DNA of 64,000 bases from Diplonema japonicum (taxonomy: Eukaryota > Protista > Euglenozoa: Diplonemea), in the NCBI GenBank assembly GCA_964019335.1, contig OZ025675.1:1-64000 (forward strand), in the 5' to 3' direction. The notes under the pieces were generated by a model. It was not told the origin of the DNA and made no database searches. It was given only the letters and a program-made list of their open reading frames with translations. Below are positions 56,554 to 64,000 of the stretch, piece by piece; position 1 is the first letter of the stretch, and the number at the start of each line of letters is the position of its first letter. A program made the translations under genes and the position numbers.

Positions 56554-58255
56554 CGTTTTTCGTGTCTTGAAACCTGCTCAAGCTTATGAGAAGAAAGATA
56601 AGAAAGAAAAAGAGACAAGTCCGGTCAAGCAGGTGATCGCAGCATAAAAGGAACATGAAAATTGTACTTGAGAAAGGAAGGCCAAAGAGTGAAGAAAACG
56701 CGCGCGAAAGAGGCGGTTTTCTTCCGCCTTCTTCTTCCCTTCCTCTGATTAGCTTCGTCGAGAAGCTTGATTCGTGTTTACTGCTTTTCCAAAATAAATA
56801 ATCTGGAATACGAAATGGCTTCAAGATGAAAGAGCTTGGGAGCACAAGGGACGCAAGAGGGTGCAAAGTCATAGCAAAAGTACCTAGAAAAAAGTAGCTC
56901 AGACACATCAAAACTTGTTCGCAGAGTAAATGTAGAAAAACACAATGGGGCTAATGGATGGTCACAAACTCCATATGTTTGTCCTTTGTTGCAAACAGAT
57001 ACCTTTTACATTCTCTCGGGTCTTCTTTTGTGAAAGGTCCTTAGAAGGGCCCGACAAGGAACTATCCCCCCCCCCCGGTAAATAAAAGCGGAATCTTGAT
57101 ATTTGATTGTGCTCCCTGTTGTAAGGCTATTTATTAAATCACCTCTCTTTTAACCATATCGCATTAGAATTAAAGGAGAAGAAAGCTTTTATATTATATT
57201 TATATTTAGGAGGTCTTTGTGAGACGCCCCTTGTTATCCACTACTTGTACCATTTATGCATCCCCCTTCAACAAAACCTCAGAATATGGAGAACTCTTCT
57301 TTGAAGATAGAAGCTCAAGTCATGCTTCTTTCTTTCTAATAATGAGCTCCCTCCGGGCGTTGCGCCTGGAAATGCTTTAAAGGAAAAGGAAAGCAAGATA
57401 AACAAATAAATTACGGTTAAGTATGCCGCTTTAGAACATGGATGAGCCTTCGACCCAGCACAAAGTGCTTTCTTCTTCAGGCAAAAAAGACTGTGGTTTA
57501 CATGCTGATTAGAAATCTGGAGAGAAGGCTTAAACCGTAAACAAGTTTAGATGACTGTTCCCGAAAGAAAACAGGAATAAGAAACCCGAACACATCATCA
57601 AGACGCTATCGGTTGTCGGTACCAAGCGTTTCTTTATGCACACGGTGCAAATCATGAAACAAGTACTGCATGCTACCCACTACTCTTTTTTTTGTTCTAC
57701 AAGAGTAGTCGTAGCATGCAGTCCTTTGTTCTACACTAAGAGCAGTACTCATTAAATACAAAGAAAAGGGGGGGGCTCAAGCAACCAAAAGAAATTCACT
57801 ATGGTTAGCAATGGCCCACCGCGGTGGCGTGCCTACTTAAGAAAAAAAAAAGATACAGAAACTGAACAAAAAAAAATAATAAAAAAAAGCTGTTCTAATA
57901 AAGGAGGGGGGGGGGGAACAACAAAAAACATAGCCCGCAATAACAGCCCGGGATATCATAAAAAGATAACAAAGACAAAAAATAAATCGAAGGAGGGGGG
58001 GGGGGGGTCGTGATCACGATGAAAGCGTCCTCAAGCTTCCCATAGCTAAAGGGAATACACGGAGGTCCCTTATCGAGTACCTTTGAGTGTTTTGAATATG
58101 CTTCTTGTAAAAGGGGGAAAGCAAAAAGCACTTTCAAAACACCCCGGCACACAAGGGACGAGAAGGAATAAGGTTTAAGGGGAAAGCGCTGACCAAAGAA
58201 ATGGTTTGCCTTTACCTCCCGCTCCGTGGAAGCCCTCAGTCGCGTCACCCCTCGC

Positions 58256-60481
58256 CTATTGCTTTCGTAGCCCTGTACCAGTCATAGAGTTGACAACTAG
58301 GTTATACACATTTACTCCCAAGACGATTGGGGTTTCAGTATAGAACTCGAAACAAACACCGTCCATCGCACACAGCTCCTCAGCCACGCTCCCATACAGG
58401 CAGAACACATCATCCTTCACTCCCAATGAGCACAGCGACCCTGCCACATCCACACACCTACCTAAGACCGTCACGAACTTCTGACTGCTGGTTCCTACCG
58501 TTCCGTACCTCACGACACCGCTAGCCAGCCCGATGTGCAGTTTCACCTGAGAACGTGTCCTAAGGTCACTTCCGGAACTCCTCCCGGAATTCCTGTCAGA
58601 AGTGTCTGTCAATCTGAACAAGGATGTCACGAAGGAGAGGGAGTTCTCGATGTGTGTGGGGCAGGGACGGGAGGTGTTCCACCCAACAGCAACCCTGCTG
58701 CCCTGAACAGAGATGAGGACCCCATGTGACCTCTCAGTGCACATCATCACCTTCGTAAGTATATCATTGATGATGAAGGTAGCATCCGCAGCGTCATACG
58801 AGCTGGGCAGCTTCATTTCCAGCAGCCCTACACTGGCTGAGGCCGTTGCAACCAGTATCGTGTCGGTGCGCATGGTGCGTAGTGTGGACATGGTGTCGGT
58901 CATCATGGTTCCTGATCGACTCTCAGGTAGCATTATGGGAGTTGGCGGCCGCTGCACTTTAATACGCCTGTCTTCCCTGCTGAGGAGGAGCTGTGACTCG
59001 ATGAAGGGTCGCCTGTCTGAGAGGCTCTGTGGCAGAAGAGCATGGGAACGCACATGGCTCCCGATACCTCGCAACTTAAGCTCGCCCATCGGTATCGTTA
59101 CCATTTTAGAAAGCCCCTGAAGATCCGTATTCATGACCTCCTCAGTGACAGCAACAGCACCCCCAACACAGGCCCCTTCCATCCGAGCCGCCTTGTTCAC
59201 AGTGTTCCCGAAGTAGTCGTACCTGCCTGTCAAGGTGTTCAGCTGCACATCAACCTCACCAAAGTGAACACCGATCCGAACACGAAGCCCACACCAAGGA
59301 CCGTTGTCATTCCAAGCACAGTGGTCAAGATTGCGCAGCTCCTGTGGCCAGTTGCTGTTCACCAACCTCTCTTGAACAGACAGTGCGAACTCAACAGCAC
59401 TGGGAGCCTGTTGAAAGGCCACCATGAAGGAGTCCCCAATGGTCTTCACCTCGTAACCCCCATTCATAGAAAGACACTCCCGCATCACATTGTTGTGAAC
59501 CTTCAGACCCTCCTTCATCCCCTCAGGGCAGGCCTCCCATGTTGCCGTCGACCCTTGGATGTCGGTGAAGGCAATAGCTGCTATACCTGTTTCGAGACCG
59601 GGTGCAGGAACCTCTTTGTAGTATGCTCCAGCATGCTGAAGTTCAGCAAAAACAGCATCAGGGACATAAGGGCGGTAGACATGGAGGTTTGACAAGATGC
59701 TGCTGAAGGCATTGTGGAGGGGAGGGGGAAGGGGGGAAGTGTCGAGGGCCTCACGTGCCTTGGTGAGGTCGAAGCGGGAGAGGGTCTCGGCGATGTTCTC
59801 AGCAGCAAGGATAACATTCTCCATCTTTTCATGCTCCTTGTAGAGACGGCTGGCGAAACCACGCGTGAAGTAGAAGTCAAGCAGGAAGATGGCAATCTGA
59901 GCCAGCAAGTATGCAATGCTTGAAGCAAATTTCGTAGCACAGGGGAGGCTGTCGCAGGCGCAGACTTCGACGCGACGTTCTTGCGAAGGGAGAGAAGGGA
60001 AGTCATAGAAGCCAAACCTGAAAGAGGACTCAATGGTGGTGATGATGAACCAGAGTATTGCGGTAGTGATTATGTTCCGTGTGACGCGTGTCTTCAGCCT
60101 GCAGACAAGCGCTATGTCAATGAGAAGGATGAGAGCGGACCACATGAGCACCCTGCCAATGGTGAGGGAGACCCAGTCAATCATTAATGCGGTGAACATG
60201 AAAGCGTACATACAGCACTCAGTAACAAGGGGCCGTAACCTCCTTTCGCAAAGCATCTGCCCTGTTAGTACCGCCCCTGAGAGCAGGCCCGGGAGAGTAC
60301 CCAGGTCCTCAACGCTTAGTCCAACACCCCTTATGCTCATGCCGAAGCCGTAAATAAACATGGCTGCTACACCTGTCGTCAGCAGCAACCTTTTGTTGAA
60401 CAGTGTCTGCGGGTCATCCCCTGGCTCAGAGAGGTATCTGCTCACATGGGCTTGCATGCGGGCCCACCACCTTGCAGCCAT
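58256..60481 (-). CDS. Membrane adenylate cyclase (multi-TM, active class III domain plus degenerate second domain)
   Basis: FTDIQGST..WE, YEVKTIGDSFMVAF, LRVRIGVH.G and YDYFGNTVNKAARME. The K/D pair fits ATP specificity. Confidence 0.92.
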   Translation of the reverse strand: MAARWWARMQAHVSRYLSEPGDDPQTLFNKRLLLTTGVAAMFIYGFGMSIRGVGLSVEDLGTLPGLLSGAVLTGQMLCERRLRPLVTECCMYAFMFTALMIDWVSLTIGRVLMWSALILLIDIALVCRLKTRVTRNIITTAILWFIITTIESSFRFGFYDFPSLPSQERRVEVCACDSLPCATKFASSIAYLLAQIAIFLLDFYFTRGFASRLYKEHEKMENVILAAENIAETLSRFDLTKAREALDTSPLPPPLHNAFSSILSNLHVYRPYVPDAVFAELQHAGAYYKEVPAPGLETGIAAIAFTDIQGSTATWEACPEGMKEGLKVHNNVMRECLSMNGGYEVKTIGDSFMVAFQQAPSAVEFALSVQERLVNSNWPQELRNLDHCAWNDNGPWCGLRVRIGVHFGEVDVQLNTLTGRYDYFGNTVNKAARMEGACVGGAVAVTEEVMNTDLQGLSKMVTIPMGELKLRGIGSHVRSHALLPQSLSDRRPFIESQLLLSREDRRIKVQRPPTPIMLPESRSGTMMTDTMSTLRTMRTDTILVATASASVGLLEMKLPSSYDAADATFIINDILTKVMMCTERSHGVLISVQGSRVAVGWNTSRPCPTHIENSLSFVTSLFRLTDTSDRNSGRSSGSDLRTRSQVKLHIGLASGVVRYGTVGTSSQKFVTVLGRCVDVAGSLCSLGVKDDVFCLYGSVAEELCAMDGVCFEFYTETPIVLGVNVYNLVVNSMTGTGLRKQ

Positions 60482-60755
60482 CTTCTCGAAATCCTGTGAT
60501 GACTTTAGGCCCTGCTATCTTCGTCCGAAAAAGATAATGGCACGCAGAGTGGATATTTAGTTAGTGCAACAATTCTTCGTACGGACCAAACACGCACGAG
60601 AAGAACACTAATATTATTGTGACTATTAAAAAAAAAGGTAGTGGTAGACAGACCACGCTTACTACCTCTAAATACTACAATTTGAGGCTGCTCTGTAAAG
60701 AGGCCTTGTTGCTGCGATGACAAAATGGCTTAAACCTCATTGTTGACCGAACGTC

Positions 60756-62927
60756 TTAATAATGAACATTTTCACATAGCACCTTGTACACCGACATGCT
60801 GCAACCTTGGAGTGCTCCTGCCAGGAGCTCAAAAAACAGGCCGTCCATAACGGGTAGCTCCTCAGCCACGCTCCCATACAGGCAGAACACATCATCCTTC
60901 ACTCCCAATGAGCACAGCGACCCTGCCACATCCATACTCCTACCTAAGACTGTCACGAACTTCTGCTTGTTGCTCCCAACTGTCCCATGCCGAACATCAC
61001 TGCTGGATAAACCAATGCAAAGCTTTTGTGGCTCAGGGTATTCATCGCCTGATTGATAAGCGACACGCGGGGTTTCGGGTTGCTGACTTCTGTGCAAAGA
61101 AGTGACGAAGGAGAACGAGTTCTCGATGTGTGTGGGGCAGGGACGGGAGGTGTTCCACCCAACAGCAGTCCTGCTTCCCTGCAGCGATATAATCACTCCG
61201 TGCGTCCTTTCAGTGCACACAATGACTTTCGCAAGAATGTCGTTCATTAGAACGGTAACATCAGCTGACTGGCATATATCAGCGAGCTTCGTGTCCACCA
61301 ACCCTATGCTCGAAGAGGACGAAGACAAGAGCCTCATCTCACCGCTGCGGTTGCGTTGTAGCAGTGGCGAGTCAGAAGGCGTCTGAGGGGGCTGGTTATG
61401 GACAATCTTTCTGTCCCCCCTCTTCAGCCGCAGCTGCGACTCTACATAAGCCGCCCTCCTACCAAGAGCCTTGGGCAGCAAGATGAAAGGATGCAAAGGG
61501 TCAGAAACACCCTTCACTCTTACCTCCCCCATAGGTATCACAACGGCTGATACAGTCAGTTCCTCTATCTGCGTCATCATTCCTTCCGTTACAGCAACAG
61601 CACCCCCAACACAGGCCCCTTCCATCCGAGCCGCCTTGTTCACAGTGTTCCCGAAGTAGTCGTACCTGCCTGTAAGTTTGTTAAACTGCACATCAACCTC
61701 ACCAAAGTGAACACCGATCCGAACACGAAGCCCACACCAAGGACCGTCCTCATTCCAAGCACAGTGGTCAAGACTTAGTAATTCCTGTGGCCAGTTGCTG
61801 TTCACCAACTCCTCTTGAACAGACAAGCCGAAAGAAGTAGCATCAGAGGCGCTCTCGAAGGCCACCATGAAGGCGTCCCCAATGGTCTTCACCTCGTACC
61901 CGTTGTGCTCAGAAAGACACTCCCGCATCACATTGTTGTGAACCTTTAGACCTTCCTTCATCCCCTCAGGGCAGGCCTCCCATGTTGCCGTCGATCCCTG
62001 GATGTCGGTGAAGGCAAGGGCAACCTTCCCCGAGCTGAGGCCAGGTGCCGGGATCTCTTTTGTACACACCTCGCGTGTAGAGTGCAGTTCATCGAAGACA
62101 GCATCAGGTACGTAAGGGCGGTAGATGTGGAGATTTGACAGGATGCTGTTGAAGGCATTGTAAAGCGGAGGAGGCAGGGGAGAGGTATTGAGGACCGCTT
62201 GTGCTCGTTCAAGGTCGAAGCGGGAGAGGGTCTCGGCGATGGTCTCCGCTGCGGAGATCACATTCTCCATCTTTTCATGCTCTTTGTAGAGACGGCTAGA
62301 GAATCCGCGGGTGAAGTAGAAGTCAAGCAGGAAGATGGAAATCTGAGCTAAGAGATATGCAGCGGAGCTAGAAAACTGACGGCCACAGGGCAGCTCTGTG
62401 CAAGTACAGGAGTCACCACGTTCTTCTTGCGAAGGGAGGAAGGACAGGTCGTAGAGGCCAAAGCGAAAGGCAGATTCGACTGATGTGATGGCGAACCAGA
62501 CCACTGTTGCAATGATGATGTTCTTCGTGACACGGGGTTCCATGTTGCAGACAAGTGCGATGTCAATGAGGAGGATGATCCCGGACCACGTCAGCAACCG
62601 CCCCATGGTGAGGGACACATAGTCTACTAGAATTGATGACGTTAGTAACCCATAAAGGGATGCCTCAACCACACCACACCGTAGCTTCTTCTCAATCACG
62701 ATCTGGCCCGCCATCAAGGCTCCCGCAAGAAACCCAGGCAGGGACATCACTACACGCATGTCAGTAAAGCCCAAATTAAGGAACAAGCTGAAGCCGTAGA
62801 TAACCACCGCAGCCACTCCGGTGAAGAAGAGAAGTCTCTTCTTAAAAAGAAGTTGCTGTTCATCTCCTGGTGCAAAAAGGAGTTTATTTACCTGAGTGGT
62901 GCAACACCACGAATACAGTGCAGCCAT
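60756..62927 (-). CDS. Membrane adenylate cyclase, tandem paralog
   Basis: Same motifs as the 58256 gene. Likely ATG at 62927 (MAALYSW); the upstream ORF part is poly(T) tract. Confidence 0.92.
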   Translation of the reverse strand: MAALYSWCCTTQVNKLLFAPGDEQQLLFKKRLLFFTGVAAVVIYGFSLFLNLGFTDMRVVMSLPGFLAGALMAGQIVIEKKLRCGVVEASLYGLLTSSILVDYVSLTMGRLLTWSGIILLIDIALVCNMEPRVTKNIIIATVVWFAITSVESAFRFGLYDLSFLPSQEERGDSCTCTELPCGRQFSSSAAYLLAQISIFLLDFYFTRGFSSRLYKEHEKMENVISAAETIAETLSRFDLERAQAVLNTSPLPPPLYNAFNSILSNLHIYRPYVPDAVFDELHSTREVCTKEIPAPGLSSGKVALAFTDIQGSTATWEACPEGMKEGLKVHNNVMRECLSEHNGYEVKTIGDAFMVAFESASDATSFGLSVQEELVNSNWPQELLSLDHCAWNEDGPWCGLRVRIGVHFGEVDVQFNKLTGRYDYFGNTVNKAARMEGACVGGAVAVTEGMMTQIEELTVSAVVIPMGEVRVKGVSDPLHPFILLPKALGRRAAYVESQLRLKRGDRKIVHNQPPQTPSDSPLLQRNRSGEMRLLSSSSSSIGLVDTKLADICQSADVTVLMNDILAKVIVCTERTHGVIISLQGSRTAVGWNTSRPCPTHIENSFSFVTSLHRSQQPETPRVAYQSGDEYPEPQKLCIGLSSSDVRHGTVGSNKQKFVTVLGRSMDVAGSLCSLGVKDDVFCLYGSVAEELPVMDGLFFELLAGALQGCSMSVYKVLCENVHY

Positions 62928-62972
62928 TTCCTTTTCCTTTTTAATACAAAACCTGCTGTTTTCTCTCTTTTC

Positions 62973-63004
<32 letters not shown>

Positions 63005-64000
63005 CAAAAAAAAGAAAAACAGTTACTGAATAATTTAAAGCCTTAGAAAAAAAAGAAAAAGGAAATATTAAGAGATCAAGGAAGCCAGTGTTGGTGGCGG
63101 CCTGCACAAACACTGTACACTTTATATCTCTATGTTATCCCCCATCACCAATATATATGTTCTTGTTATAAAGAGTCCGGCGTCAGGTGCAGACAGGGGT
63201 AGGCTGGTACTGCGCCGCGAGAAAAAAGAAATGTCCGGAAGGAAAGGCACTAGATGCTTCAGCTGACTGGCGTCTTCCCCTCCCAGACATTTCTTAGCTT
63301 TGAACAACAGAAGAAATAGCTGCCGTAAAGTGAAACATGTCGCACTGGCAAAATATTTGTATTTTAAACAGACAGGGCCGGAGGGCAGAACCATATACTC
63401 ACCTTCTTTTCGGTTCTTTCAAAAAAGAAAAAGGCTTATAACTTTCACAAAAAAAAAAAAAAAAAAACAGACCATAGAAATAAATAGAAATAAAGATCCT
63501 TATCCCGTAAATGTACCGAGCAAGATTCCCTTTTCTCACTACAGGCTACTAGGCCCCTTCGTACCTTCGGACATTGAGTTAGATCCCCAATTCTTTCTTT
63601 CTTTCTTATTTCCGTCGGTACTATGGGGGAAGTATAGAGGTGGCTCACTGCGATGAAGATCAAACTTTTCTCCTTATTTATTTAGAAAAGAACAGCGACA
63701 TGCTTCCGAGGAAAAACTAGTTTGGCGCTTCAGTGCTTGTGCGCACGAGCGGAATCTTACCTAACCCGTAGGATGGGTTAGAATAAAATAGCTCATTACG
63801 CTGCCATCAACTAGTTTTTAGTCTCGATAATAATATTGTTAAAACAAAAAAAAAAAAGAGAGGGGGCCCAACAATGCTACCACTACTCTTTTTAGCAATG
63901 TAATTTAACAATTCATAAATCAATATATACTGTTTTTTTTTTTTTCTTGTTGCATGCAAAAAAAAAAAAAAAAAAAGAAAAAAAAGGGAAGAAAAAAAAA

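Overview
Eukaryotic nuclear DNA, most likely a diplonemid (Euglenozoa). This is inferred from four things: all intact genes lie on the minus strand like a polycistronic unit, there is an amastin-like gene, membrane adenylate cyclases are expanded, and there are TxAPD mucin stalks. About 14 protein genes are separated by poly(A)-rich (+ strand) spacers full of transposon debris: a CRE-clade RT, two piggyBac derivatives, two LINE pieces, a Sola-like element, MITEs and a possible tyrosine-recombinase relic. The ORF track hides the main structure. Fragments from 17660 to 28864 splice into one 9-exon, 2750-aa astacin/mucin/TM protein. It uses tandemly duplicated 31-35 nt micro-introns and a GC-AG last intron that carries a piggyBac. 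Its C-terminus (TM...WKEVVV*) matches that of a neighbouring PAN-domain mucin protein (TM...WVEVVV*), and each gene lies downstream of an amastin-like gene or relic, suggesting a duplicated surface-protein cassette with swapped head domains. Other highlights: a Ctr copper transporter with four 58-aa Cys/Met repeats next to a copper monooxygenase; A/C-rich rather than pyrimidine-rich cis-intron acceptors; a Y-shaped GCGAAGC hairpin element; a co-oriented dispersed hairpin family; and a (GCGGGTTT)n array fused to a CRE RT. All homology calls come from motif recognition by eye, not from database searches.
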